DNA from: Rhodoglobus sp.
GTDB taxonomy: Bacteria > Actinomycetota > Actinomycetes > Actinomycetales > Microbacteriaceae
Direction: 5' to 3'
DNA length: 64,000 nucleotides
NCBI GenBank assembly: GCA_044340535.1
Contig: JBIITJ010000001.1
Location: forward strand, 58,188-122,187
In this document: positions 1 through 9,579 of the stretch, piece by piece
Layout: each line of letters begins with the position of its first letter
Position numbering within the stretch: position 1 is the stretch's first letter
Translations under genes and position numbers: made by a program
The notes under the pieces: generated by a model
The model's input: only the letters and a program-made list of their open reading frames with translations
What the model was told of the DNA's origin: nothing
Databases searched by the model: none

Positions 1-3000
1 CTCGGCGAGGCTCCGGATGAGGCGCTCGCGAACCTCGTCGACGCGCTGAACGCTGCCACCGCGCCGGGCACCTGGGCGTACGTTCCCACGCCGGAGCCGC
101 TGCTCGACGCGAGCATCACCGACTTCATCACCAACGCGATCATCTACCAGCCCGCCGCCGCGACACCGGTCGGGGAGAGCTTCACCGACATCGACGAGAC
201 GGTGTGGGACATCGCGCGTGAGCCGGTCGCCCAGACCTTCGACATCGATGGCAAGGTCATCACCGTCGTCGCCAACCACTTCAAGTCGAAGAGCGCGCCC
301 TCTGGCGGGGGCACGGAGCCCACCGACCTGCAGGGCTTCTTCAACGCCGAGCGGGTGGAGCAGGCGCAGAAGCTCCTCGGCTTCGTGCAGGGCATCGCGG
401 CTGATCCCGCGAAGAGCCCCGACGTCATCGCCCTCGGCGACTTCAACGCGTACCACGAGGAGGACCCCTCGCAGGTGCTCACCGGCGCGGGGCTCGTCGA
501 CCTGGTGCCCGACACGACTAACGAGTACACCTACACCTTCGACGGTGAACTCGGCTCCCTCGACCACGCCTACGTGACCCCCTCGCTTGCCGAGAGCGTC
601 ACCGGGACGGATGTCTGGACGATCAACTCACCCGAATGGTCTGACCGCGGTTACGCCTATGGGGCCGCGGAGGCGGGCACCCCGTTCCGCTCGAGCGACC
701 ATGACCCGATCAAGGTGGGCTTCGGTTCTGAGGCCGCCCCGGTCGACATCGACCTCGTGAGTGTCAACGACTTCCACGGTCGCATCGAGGCCAGCGGCGT
801 GGTGGCGGGTGCCGCCGTCATGGCAGGCATGGTGGACTCCTACCGCGCCGCCAACCCCAACACCCTGTTCGTGGGGGCGGGTGACTTCATCGGGGCATCC
901 ACTTTCACCTCGTTCATCCAGCAAGACCAGCCCACCATCGACGTGCTCAACGAGATGGGGCTCGACGCGAGCGCCTTCGGCAACCACGAGTTCGACCAGG
1001 GGCGCGATGACGTCGACAGCCGCATCCTCCCCGCCATCGACTGGGACTACCTCGCGGCCAACCTGTACGAGAAGGGCACCGATACCCCCGCGTACCAGGA
1101 GTACTTCGTGCAGGAGTATGGCGACGTATCCGTCGGCTTCGTGGGCGCGGTGACCGACGAGTTGCCGAGCCTGGTGAGCCCCGCAGGCATCGACACCCTC
1201 GATGTCGGGCCGGTGGTCCCCGCCGTCAACCGGGTCGCCGACCAGCTCAGCGACGGTGACGACAGCAACGGCGAAGCCGACGTGGTCGTGCTGCTTGTTC
1301 ACGAGGGCGCAGCGACGGCCGATATTGCCAGTGCGACGGATGACTCACGCTTCGGCCAAATCGTGACGGGCGCGAACGCCAACATCGACGCCATCATCTC
1401 CGGCCACACCCACCTCGCCTATGACCACGACGTAGCCATCCCCGGCACCGACCGCACGCGCCCCGTGCTGTCGTCGGGCCAGTACGGCGAAAAGTACAGC
1501 CACACCTCCCTCTCGGTCGACCCGACCACGGGTGAGCTGCTCTCCATCGAGGCAGAGGTGCTGCCGCTGGCCGGCTTCACACCCGACCCGGAGGTGGCGG
1601 CCATCGTCGCGGAGGCGACCGCCGTCGCGACCGAGCTGGGCTCGGTGCCGCTCGGTGAGATCACGAGTGACCTGAATCGCGGAGTTCAGTCGACCGGCTC
1701 CGAGAACCGGGGTGCGGAATCGACGCTCGGCAACTTCGTCGCCGACGTGCAGTTGTGGGCGGCGCAGGATGCCGGGGCGCAGATCTCGTTCATGAACCCG
1801 GGCGGGCTGCGCGCCGACCTGAAATACGCGGCCAAGCCCACGACGCCCGGAGATGCGGAAGGGGTCGTGACCTACGCCGAGGCGGCGGGCGTGCAGTCGT
1901 TCGCCAACACCCTGTTCACCCTCGACCTCACGGGCGTGCAGGTGAAGCAGGTGCTCGAGGAGCAGTGGCAGCCCGCTGGGGCGAGCCGCCCGTTCCTCAA
2001 GCTCGGAGTTTCAGAGAACCTCGAGTACACCTACGACCCGGCTGCCGCAGCGGGTAGCCACATCACCGGGGTGTTTGTCGATGGCGAGCCCATCGACCCC
2101 GCGGCCAGCTACAAGGTCGTGGTCAACTCGTTCCTGGTGCCCGGCGGTGACAACTTCTTCACCTTCGCCGAAGGCACCAACGCGGCCGACACCGGCAAGG
2201 TCGACCTGCAGAGCATGGTCGAGTACTTCGAAGAGTTCCCCACGGTCTCGCCCGACTACGCGCAGCGTTCCGTCGGGGTGACGCTCTCGGCACCCGACGC
2301 CGACGGGTACTCCGCCGGCGACTCCGTGACACTGGGCCTCTCCTCGCTGCTGATGTCAGTTGACGGCCCCCGGGCGGGCACGGTGGTCGTGAGCGCCGGG
2401 GACGAGGAACTCGGCACCGCCGTCATCGACCCCGCGATCGTCGACACCACGGATGAGGTGGGGCGGGCATCCGTCACCATCACCATTCCCGAGGGCACGC
2501 CCGCGGGCGAGCTCGTGCTGACCGTCACGGTGCCGGAGAGCGGGACCACCGTCGAGGTGCCGCTGGCCGTCACATCCACCGACCTGCCGATCGAGAACCT
2601 CGCCCCGCCGGTCATCACGGGCCAGCCCCGCGTGGGCGCAACGCTCAAGGCGAGCGCCGGAAGCTGGAACGTGGATGCCCCCACCCTCGCCTACCAGTGG
2701 AACCGCGACGGCATCCCGATCGAGGGCGCAACTGCGGCACGCTACACCCTCGTGGGAGCCGACGCCGGTGCCGCGATCACGGTGACCGTCACCGCGAGCG
2801 CGGAGGGTTACACCGACGGGGTCGCCACCTCGGGTGAGTTCGAGGTGCGGAAGGCCGCGAGTTCGACGAGCGGTGACGCGAGTCGGCTGCTCGTCATCGG
2901 CGGCCAGTCGCTGGGCTACTCGGTCACGGTGCGCGGCTCCGCTGGGATCGTTGCGAGCGGCGAGGTCGCGATCTACGACGGCAGCCGCAAGATCGCGACG

Positions 3001-3141
3001 GTGCAGCTGGATGACCGGGGCCGGGCCACGGTGCCGATCACGGGCCTCAGCCGAGGCATCCACCTGCTCACGGCGCACTACCTCGGCAACGACCAGCTCG
3101 CCGCCTCGGTCGGCTGGCCGTCGATCGTGATCAAACTCTGA
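1..3141 (+). CDS. Secreted nuclease/nucleotidase fusion: ExeM/NucH-type endonuclease-exonuclease-phosphatase domain + metallophosphatase 5'-nucleotidase + C-terminal Ig-like repeats (5' end lies outside the window)
   Basis: Frame 1 is open from nt 1, upstream of the listed M at 202. It carries an EEP-type C-terminal motif (SSDHDPIKV) and calcineurin-like motifs (VNDFHGR, GNHEFD, GHTH). A 5'-nucleotidase C-domain and two Ig-like repeat modules follow, up to the stop at 3141. Confidence 0.8.
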   Translation, partial: LGEAPDEALANLVDALNAATAPGTWAYVPTPEPLLDASITDFITNAIIYQPAAATPVGESFTDIDETVWDIAREPVAQTFDIDGKVITVVANHFKSKSAPSGGGTEPTDLQGFFNAERVEQAQKLLGFVQGIAADPAKSPDVIALGDFNAYHEEDPSQVLTGAGLVDLVPDTTNEYTYTFDGELGSLDHAYVTPSLAESVTGTDVWTINSPEWSDRGYAYGAAEAGTPFRSSDHDPIKVGFGSEAAPVDIDLVSVNDFHGRIEASGVVAGAAVMAGMVDSYRAANPNTLFVGAGDFIGASTFTSFIQQDQPTIDVLNEMGLDASAFGNHEFDQGRDDVDSRILPAIDWDYLAANLYEKGTDTPAYQEYFVQEYGDVSVGFVGAVTDELPSLVSPAGIDTLDVGPVVPAVNRVADQLSDGDDSNGEADVVVLLVHEGAATADIASATDDSRFGQIVTGANANIDAIISGHTHLAYDHDVAIPGTDRTRPVLSSGQYGEKYSHTSLSVDPTTGELLSIEAEVLPLAGFTPDPEVAAIVAEATAVATELGSVPLGEITSDLNRGVQSTGSENRGAESTLGNFVADVQLWAAQDAGAQISFMNPGGLRADLKYAAKPTTPGDAEGVVTYAEAAGVQSFANTLFTLDLTGVQVKQVLEEQWQPAGASRPFLKLGVSENLEYTYDPAAAAGSHITGVFVDGEPIDPAASYKVVVNSFLVPGGDNFFTFAEGTNAADTGKVDLQSMVEYFEEFPTVSPDYAQRSVGVTLSAPDADGYSAGDSVTLGLSSLLMSVDGPRAGTVVVSAGDEELGTAVIDPAIVDTTDEVGRASVTITIPEGTPAGELVLTVTVPESGTTVEVPLAVTSTDLPIENLAPPVITGQPRVGATLKASAGSWNVDAPTLAYQWNRDGIPIEGATAARYTLVGADAGAAITVTVTASAEGYTDGVATSGEFEVRKAASSTSGDASRLLVIGGQSLGYSVTVRGSAGIVASGEVAIYDGSRKIATVQLDDRGRATVPITGLSRGIHLLTAHYLGNDQLAASVGWPSIVIKL

Positions 3142-3151
3142 TCCACAGGCC

Positions 3152-3185
3152 GCGGCGGGGTCACCTTGGGGGTCGGCCCCGCCGC
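3152..3185 (+). terminator. Candidate stem-loop terminator after the nuclease gene
   Basis: GCGGCGGGG (3152-3160) pairs with CCCCGCCGC (3177-3185) across a 16-nt loop. It is followed by TTATCGTT, a weak T tract. Confidence 0.35.
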
Positions 3186-3198
3186 TTATCGTTGAGGG

Positions 3199-4995
3199 GT
3201 GACCCCCGCCCTCGCCATCCTTGAGAAGACCTTCGGGTATTCGGCGTTCCGGGGGCAGCAGGCCGAGATCATCCAGACCGTCATCGACGGCGGTGACGCC
3301 CTCGTGCTCATGCCCACCGGCGGCGGCAAGTCGCTGTGCTACCAGATCCCCGCCCTCGTCCGTGAGGGCACCGGGGTCGTCATCTCGCCGCTCATCGCGT
3401 TGATGCAGGACCAAGTGGATGCCCTCTCCGCCGTTGGCGCGCGTGCGGCGTTCCTCAACTCGACGCAGTCGGGGGAGGAGCGGCAGCGCGTCGAGGCCGC
3501 GTTCCTCGCGGGTGAGCTCGACCTGCTGTACCTCGCGCCCGAGCGGCTGCGGGTCTCCTCGACGACGGAGCTGCTCGACCGCGGCCGCATCGCCCTATTC
3601 GCCATCGACGAGGCGCACTGTGTCTCGCAATGGGGCCACGACTTCCGGCCCGACTACCTGCAACTCTCGGTGCTGCACGAGCGTTGGCCGAGCGTGCCCC
3701 GCATCGCGCTCACGGCGACCGCCACGGAGCTGACGCGCCGGGAGATTGCCCAGCGCCTACAACTGACCGAGGCGAAACAGTTCGTGTCGAGTTTCGACCG
3801 GCCGAACATCCAGTACCGCATCGAGTCGAAGGCCCAGCCGCTGCAGCAGCTGCTGTCGTTGCTGCGCACCGAGCATCCGGGCGACGCGGGCATCGTGTAC
3901 TGCCTGTCGCGGGCATCCGTCGAGAAGACCGCCGACTTCCTGGTCGAGAACGGCATTCCGGCGCTGCCGTACCACGCTGGCCTCGATGCCAGGGTGCGGG
4001 CCTCCAACCAGAGCCGGTTCCTCCGCGAGGAGGGCATGGCGATGGTCGCGACGATCGCGTTCGGCATGGGCATCGACAAGCCGGATGTCCGGTTCGTCGC
4101 GCACCTCGACCTGCCGAAATCGGTCGAGGGCTACTACCAGGAGACGGGTCGCGCCGGTCGCGACGGCCTGCCCGCGACCGCGTGGCTGGCCTACGGGCTG
4201 CAGGACGTGGTGCAGCAGCGCCGAATGATCGACCAGTCGGAGGGTGACCTCGCACACCGCCGCAACCTCACCGCGCACCTCGACGCGATGCTCGCGCTGT
4301 GCGAGACGGTGCAGTGTCGCCGGGTTCAGCTGCTCGCCTACTTCGGCCAGGCCTCCGAAGCCTGCGGCAACTGCGACACCTGCCTGTCGCCTCCCGAGAC
4401 CTGGGACGGCACGGTTCCCGCCCAGAAACTGCTGTCGACGATCGTGCGCCTGCAGCGCGAGCGCAACCAGCGGTTCGGCGCAGGCCACCTCATCGACATC
4501 CTCACCGGCAAACAGACCCCGCGGGTCAGCCAGCACGGCCACGACGCCCTCGCGACCTGGGGCATTGGGCAGGATGTCAGCGAGCAGGAGTGGCGCGGAG
4601 TCGTGCGCCAGCTGCTCGCCCAGGGGCTCCTCGCCGTGGAGGGGGAGTACGGCATCCTCGTGCTGACCGAGGCGTCGGCAACGGTGCTCTCGGGGTCACG
4701 CCAGGTGATGCTCCGCCGCGAAGCCCCGAAGCGCTCGAAGGCCGCGAAGAAGGCGGTCGCCGCCCAGCTCCCCGAAGACGCGATCGGCCTGTTCGAGGCG
4801 CTGCGGGCCTGGCGCTCCGGTGAGGCACAGGCACAAGGGGTGCCCGCCTACATCGTGTTCGGGGATGCCACGTTGCGGGGCATCGCGGTGACCCGCCCGA
4901 CAACCCTCGCCGAGCTCGGCGGCATCACCGGCGTGGGGGAGAAGAAGCTCGAGCAGTACGGCGAGGCGCTGCTCGCGGTCGTCGCTGCCGCCTGA
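3199..4995 (+). CDS. recQ: ATP-dependent DNA helicase RecQ
   Basis: 598 aa. Has the [11 protein letters not shown]-terminus, Walker A (MPTGGGKS), DEAH box, the zinc-binding Cys cluster of the RecQ C-terminal domain, and a C-terminal HRDC-like region. Confidence 0.9.
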   Translation: MTPALAILEKTFGYSAFRGQQAEIIQTVIDGGDALVLMPTGGGKSLCYQIPALVREGTGVVISPLIALMQDQVDALSAVGARAAFLNSTQSGEERQRVEAAFLAGELDLLYLAPERLRVSSTTELLDRGRIALFAIDEAHCVSQWGHDFRPDYLQLSVLHERWPSVPRIALTATATELTRREIAQRLQLTEAKQFVSSFDRPNIQYRIESKAQPLQQLLSLLRTEHPGDAGIVYCLSRASVEKTADFLVENGIPALPYHAGLDARVRASNQSRFLREEGMAMVATIAFGMGIDKPDVRFVAHLDLPKSVEGYYQETGRAGRDGLPATAWLAYGLQDVVQQRRMIDQSEGDLAHRRNLTAHLDAMLALCETVQCRRVQLLAYFGQASEACGNCDTCLSPPETWDGTVPAQKLLSTIVRLQRERNQRFGAGHLIDILTGKQTPRVSQHGHDALATWGIGQDVSEQEWRGVVRQLLAQGLLAVEGEYGILVLTEASATVLSGSRQVMLRREAPKRSKAAKKAVAAQLPEDAIGLFEALRAWRSGEAQAQGVPAYIVFGDATLRGIAVTRPTTLAELGGITGVGEKKLEQYGEALLAVVAAA

Positions 4996-5021
4996 GTGCC
5001 GGCGGCGAGCTTTGGCGCCCC

Positions 5022-5125
5022 CTTCTGCCTGTTCGCTTCTCCGGAGTTTTCGCGACATTGAGGCCGAAATCCGGTAACTCGTGAGGCTGGAGGCAGAAAC
5101 TCCGGAGAAGCGTGCGGGGTGGCGC
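5022..5125. repeat. Palindromic ~100-bp repeat element, copy 1 (intergenic)
   Basis: Perfect 16-bp arms CGCTTCTCCGGAGTTT (5034-5049) and AAACTCCGGAGAAGCG (5097-5112). Collinear similarity to 40539-40640 and 51139-51236. Confidence 0.6.
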
Positions 5126-5283
5126 GAGGGATGTCTCGGGCCAGCCCACAGGCAGCGAACTCCGCCAAATGTCCGGCAGCCTGCCAGCGCACCCGAGATT
5201 TGGCGAGGTTCGTGCGTGCAGGTGCGACCCTCGCGTGGCCGCGGCTTGGGCCGACTGCGGCAGTAGCCGGGCGGGAACCAGAG

Positions 5284-5658
5284 CTAGTCGGTCGCCCCCG
5301 CCTGCTGCTCGGCAACGGCGCGGTGCACCTCGTCCATGTCGAGGGCGCGCACGGCGTCGATGACCTGGTCGAGCGCGGGAGCGGGCAGGGCTCCCGGCTG
5401 GGAGAAGACCAGCACGCCATCGCGGAACGCCATCAGCGTCGGGATGCTCGTGATGCCCGCAGCCCCGGCGAGCTCCCGCTCGGCCTCGGTGTCGACTTTG
5501 CCGAAAGTGACATCGGGGTTGGCCTCGGAGGCGGCTTCAAAGATGGGGGCGAACTGGCGACACGGCCCGCACCACTCGGCCCAGAAGTCGACCAGGGTGA
5601 TTCCCGACTGGGTGACGGTGTCGCCGAATCCTTCGGCGGTGAGCGCAACGGTTGCCAT
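5284..5658 (-). CDS. Thioredoxin
   Basis: 124 aa with the WCGPC active site and thioredoxin-fold length. Confidence 0.85.
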   Translation of the reverse strand: MATVALTAEGFGDTVTQSGITLVDFWAEWCGPCRQFAPIFEAASEANPDVTFGKVDTEAERELAGAAGITSIPTLMAFRDGVLVFSQPGALPAPALDQVIDAVRALDMDEVHRAVAEQQAGATD

Positions 5659-5818
5659 GCCTCCAGCCTAAACACCCGTCTCACAGCGCGCGGATGCCAC
5701 AAAGCCGGGCGAGCCTTATTGCAGGTTCTGCACAAGGGCCGCCAGCCCCGGCGGGGCACATTTGGCAGCACCCTACTGGCCGTTTTCGACAAGAACTGGG
5801 TCGGCGTAGCGTGTCGCC

Positions 5819-7885
5819 ATGAGCCAGCTCACCGAAACCAGTGCAACGACGCCTGCCACCCAACCCGCCGCCGCGACCGTGGATGTCGCCGCCCTCGGAC
5901 AGCAACTCATGGGCCGCTGGGCCGATATTCGCCGCACCGCTCGCGCACTCGCCGCCCGCCCCGAGGTCAAGCGCGTCGAGGGGCTGTCGATGGACGAGCA
6001 CCGCGCCCGGGTGCTTGAGCAGCTGCACATCCTCGTGCAGGAAGGTGCCGTGCACCGCGCCTTCCCGAAGTCGGTCGGTGGCGAAGAGAACGCCGGCGGC
6101 AACATCGCCGGTTTCGAAGAACTGGTGCTCGCCGACCCGAGCCTTCAGATCAAGTCGGGCGTGCAGTGGGGCCTGTTCGGCGCGGCCGTCATGCACCTGG
6201 GCACCGAGCGCCACCACACGCAGTGGCTGCCGGGCATCATGAGCCTGGAGATCCCCGGCGCGTTCGCGATGACCGAGACGGGGCACGGGTCGGATGTCTC
6301 TGCCGTCGGCACCACGGCCACTTACGACGTGGACAGCGGCGAGTTCATCCTGCACACCCCGTTCCGCGCGGCGTGGAAGGACTACCTCGGCAACGCGGCG
6401 CTGCACGGCAGGGCCGCCGTCGTGTTTGCTCAGCTCGTCACGAAAGGCGTTAACCACGGCGTGCACGCGTTTTACGTGCCCATTCGCGACGACGACGGCT
6501 TCCTGCCGGGAGTCGGCGGCGAGGATGACGGGCTGAAGGGCGGCCTCAACGGCATCGACAACGGGCGCCTGCACTTCGACAACGTGCGGGTACCGAGGCT
6601 CAACCTGCTGAACCGGTACGGGGATGTCGCGGAGGACGGCACATACAGTTCCCCGATCGAGAGTCCCGGTCGCCGGTTCTTCACGATGCTGGGCACCCTC
6701 GTGCAGGGTCGCGTATCGCTTGACGGCGCCGCCGTGGTGGCAAGCAAACTGGCGCTGACGATCGCGATCTCGTACGGCTCGCAGAGGCGGCAGTTCACCG
6801 CCGCGAGCGATACGGAGGAGGAGGTCATCCTCGACTACCAGCGCCACCAGCGCCGCTTGCTGCCGCGCCTCGCGGAGACCTACGCGATGTCGTTCGCGCA
6901 CGAGGTTTTCCTCGCAAAGTTCGACGACGTGTTCAGCGGTGCGCACGACACCGACGCTGACCGACAGGACCTCGAAACGCTCGCCGCCGCGCTCAAGCCG
7001 CTCAGCACCTGGGCGGCCCTGGACATTTTGCAGGAGGCGCGCGAGGCCTGCGGGGGCAACGGCTTCCTCGCCGAGAACCGCCTGACCGGCCTGCGCGCCG
7101 ACCTCGACATCTACGCGACCTTCGAGGGCGACAACAACGTGCTGCTGCAGTTGGTGGCCAAGCGCCTGCTCACCGACTACAGCCGCAAGTTCGCACACGC
7201 GGATGCCGGGGCGATGGCCCACTACGTCGCCGACCAGGTGAACGAGGCGGCCATCAACCGCACAGGCCTGCGGCGCCTCGCCCAGTCGGTGGCCGACTTC
7301 GGTTCGACGGCCCGCTCGGTTGGGTACGTGCGCGACACCGACTCGCAGCGCCAGTTGCTCACCGACCGGGTGCAGACGATGATCGCGGAGATCGCGGGGC
7401 GGCTGCGTCCCGCGAGCAAGTTGCCCAAGATGGAGGCCGCGCAACTGTTCAACAGCAACCAGAACGCCCTCATCGAGGCGGCGCGGGCGCACGCCGAGCT
7501 GTTGCAGTGGGAGGCGTTCACCGACGGCGTCGAGGCGGTCACCGACGAGGGCACGAAGCAGGTGCTGACCTGGCTCCGCGACCTGTTCGGTCTCGGCCTG
7601 ATCGAGAAGAACGCGGCGTGGTATCTCATCCACGGGCGCATCTCCGCGCAGCGCGCGCAGGCCATCACCGCCTACATCGACGACCGCCTGTTGCCGCGCC
7701 TGCGCGAGCACGCCCTGCCGCTGGTTGCCGCGTTCGAGTTCACCCCCGAGCACATCGGCGCACCGATCGCACTGGGCGCCGAGAAGGAACGCCAGGACGA
7801 AGCGATGGCCTACTACCGGGCGCAGCGTGATGCCGGCATTGCCCCCGTGCCTGAGAAAAGCGTGAAGGCGGTGGACCGCTCATAG
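5819..7885 (+). CDS. Acyl-CoA oxidase / long acyl-CoA dehydrogenase family protein
   Basis: 688 aa. Acyl-CoA dehydrogenase-type N, middle and C domains (AFAMTETGHGSD, CGGNGF) plus the long C-terminal extension typical of ACOX-type enzymes. Confidence 0.75.
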   Translation: MSQLTETSATTPATQPAAATVDVAALGQQLMGRWADIRRTARALAARPEVKRVEGLSMDEHRARVLEQLHILVQEGAVHRAFPKSVGGEENAGGNIAGFEELVLADPSLQIKSGVQWGLFGAAVMHLGTERHHTQWLPGIMSLEIPGAFAMTETGHGSDVSAVGTTATYDVDSGEFILHTPFRAAWKDYLGNAALHGRAAVVFAQLVTKGVNHGVHAFYVPIRDDDGFLPGVGGEDDGLKGGLNGIDNGRLHFDNVRVPRLNLLNRYGDVAEDGTYSSPIESPGRRFFTMLGTLVQGRVSLDGAAVVASKLALTIAISYGSQRRQFTAASDTEEEVILDYQRHQRRLLPRLAETYAMSFAHEVFLAKFDDVFSGAHDTDADRQDLETLAAALKPLSTWAALDILQEAREACGGNGFLAENRLTGLRADLDIYATFEGDNNVLLQLVAKRLLTDYSRKFAHADAGAMAHYVADQVNEAAINRTGLRRLAQSVADFGSTARSVGYVRDTDSQRQLLTDRVQTMIAEIAGRLRPASKLPKMEAAQLFNSNQNALIEAARAHAELLQWEAFTDGVEAVTDEGTKQVLTWLRDLFGLGLIEKNAAWYLIHGRISAQRAQAITAYIDDRLLPRLREHALPLVAAFEFTPEHIGAPIALGAEKERQDEAMAYYRAQRDAGIAPVPEKSVKAVDRS

Positions 7886-7904
7886 CGCGCGTAGGCTTGC
7901 CGCG

Positions 7905-8615
7905 ATGATTAAGTTCTTCGCGCGTGCCTTCCTTGCGCCCTTCGCGCGACTGCTCTTCCGCCCGGTGGTGCTCGGCAAACGCAACGTCCCGAGAACGGGC
8001 CCTGTGCTCATCGCCAGCAACCATCTCTCGTTCATCGACAGTGTCGTGATCACCCTGGTGGCACCGCGGTCGGTGTCGTTCCTGGCCAAATCGGAGTACT
8101 TCACGGGAACCGGGTTCAAGGGCTGGCTATCGCGGTCGTTCTTCACCGGGATCGGGGCGATCCCCGTCGAGCGCGGGGCGGGCCATGCGGCCCAGGATGC
8201 CCTCGACGCGGGTCTTGCCGTATTGAACTCGGGGGGCGCTTTCGCGATCTACCCGGAGGGCACGCGATCCCGCGATGGCCGGTTGTACCGCGGCCGCACG
8301 GGGGTGGCGTGGCTTGCGCTGAACTCGGAGGCGGCGATCATCCCGGTCGCCCTAACGGGGACCCAAAAGATCCAGGAGCCCGGCTCGAACCGGATACACC
8401 TGGCCAGGGTAACCGTGCAGTTCGGCGAGGCGCTCGATCTCCGCCGACACGGTGCTGCCACCTCGGGCCGTGCTCGACGGGAGGCGACCGACGAGGTGAT
8501 GAAGGCGATCCAGGCGATGAGCGGCCAGGAGTTCGCGGGCGAGTACAACGAGCCGCCGCCCGCCACCGTTGCGGAGCGGGTGCGCCGGGTGTTCCGGCGC
8601 CGCGGCAAGTACTAG
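7905..8615 (+). CDS. 1-acyl-sn-glycerol-3-phosphate acyltransferase family protein
   Basis: HX4D motif (NHLSFID) and the YPEGTRS block. Confidence 0.8.
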   Translation: MIKFFARAFLAPFARLLFRPVVLGKRNVPRTGPVLIASNHLSFIDSVVITLVAPRSVSFLAKSEYFTGTGFKGWLSRSFFTGIGAIPVERGAGHAAQDALDAGLAVLNSGGAFAIYPEGTRSRDGRLYRGRTGVAWLALNSEAAIIPVALTGTQKIQEPGSNRIHLARVTVQFGEALDLRRHGAATSGRARREATDEVMKAIQAMSGQEFAGEYNEPPPATVAERVRRVFRRRGKY

Positions 8616-9397
8616 CGGGCAGACCCGGTACGCAGCCGGATGACCGCTGTCGCGCCGAGCACCACGACGACGGCAATGACAGCCGTCACCCCGGCGGGCA
8701 CCGAGATGAGCTCCCCGGTCAGCCGCCCGACCGCGACCCAGGCCAGGCCCCAGGAGAGCGAGAGCGCCGGGGCGATCCGCCCGCGGCCGATGATCGCGAG
8801 CATGACGCCAACCAGGGCGGCGACCGCGAGGATGGCGACGGCCCAGGCATCCGGATGAATGCCAAAGCCGGTGAAACCCGCAGCGACGAGCACCGCTGTC
8901 GTATTGGCAGCGGTCGCGATGCTCACCCAGCCGAGGTAGAGGCCGACGGTGCCGTCAGTGATGATCGCGTCGATGGTGCCGGAGGGGCGGTGGCGCAGGC
9001 AAAGCACGAACGCCCAGCCGAGCACCCCGACGAGCGCGACGATCAGGGGCAGGCTCAGGGGCAGCAGGTCGAACTGCACGCTGAGAATCCAGGCGGCGTT
9101 CAGCAGGAGGGACGCGGCAATCCAGTAACCGAGGCGGCGGTGGCGTTCGGCGGTGGCCTGCTTCGGAAGCAGCTGCCACACGGCGTAGGCGATGAGCCCG
9201 AGGTAGATGACGCTCCAGATTGAGAACGCGGGGCCGGCCGGGGCGATCGGGGTGGCGGTCGCGCTCAGGGCACCGCCCGCCGCGTCCTGGATGGGGGTGC
9301 CGCCAGCAGCACCGGAACCCACGAACGAGCCGATGACCGCGATGACTGCGCTCGCGGCAACCGTCACCTGGCGGGCGATGTCGCGCGGCTCGCGCAT
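8612..9397 (-). CDS. Multi-pass membrane protein, TspO/MBR-like (tryptophan-rich sensory protein family)
   Basis: 261 aa, about 7 hydrophobic segments, Trp-rich (FSIWSVIYLGLIAYAVWQLL). The family call is from memory only. Confidence 0.45.
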   Translation of the reverse strand: MREPRDIARQVTVAASAVIAVIGSFVGSGAAGGTPIQDAAGGALSATATPIAPAGPAFSIWSVIYLGLIAYAVWQLLPKQATAERHRRLGYWIAASLLLNAAWILSVQFDLLPLSLPLIVALVGVLGWAFVLCLRHRPSGTIDAIITDGTVGLYLGWVSIATAANTTAVLVAAGFTGFGIHPDAWAVAILAVAALVGVMLAIIGRGRIAPALSLSWGLAWVAVGRLTGELISVPAGVTAVIAVVVVLGATAVIRLRTGSAR

Positions 9398-9399
9398 GA

Positions 9400-9534
9400 T
9401 CAGTGCTCGAGGAACGACAACAGTGGCGGGTAGGCGAGGCTTGCCAGCAGCACGAGCCCGGTCAGGGCGACGATGGCCGCCATCGCCACGAGAGCCAGCT
9501 GCCCGAGTACCGATATCACGCTCAGGATCTTCAT
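9400..9534 (-). CDS. Small hydrophobic protein (44 aa), not in the ORF track
   Basis: ATG 9534 to TGA 9400 encodes MKILSVISVLGQLALVAMAAIVALTGLVLLASLAYPPLLSFLEH, a single TM. The stop is 2 nt from the ATG of the downstream gene. Mostly G/C at third positions. Confidence 0.35.
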   Translation of the reverse strand: MKILSVISVLGQLALVAMAAIVALTGLVLLASLAYPPLLSFLEH

Positions 9535-9579
9535 GCCACCAGCTTAAGCGGCGGCAGCGCCGGTAGTACCGTTCGAAGC

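Noticed and set aside
5681-7753. 690-aa ORF on the minus strand
   Set aside because: It is antisense to the acyl-CoA oxidase gene. It has an Arg/Gly/Val-rich low-complexity composition and no recognisable motifs.
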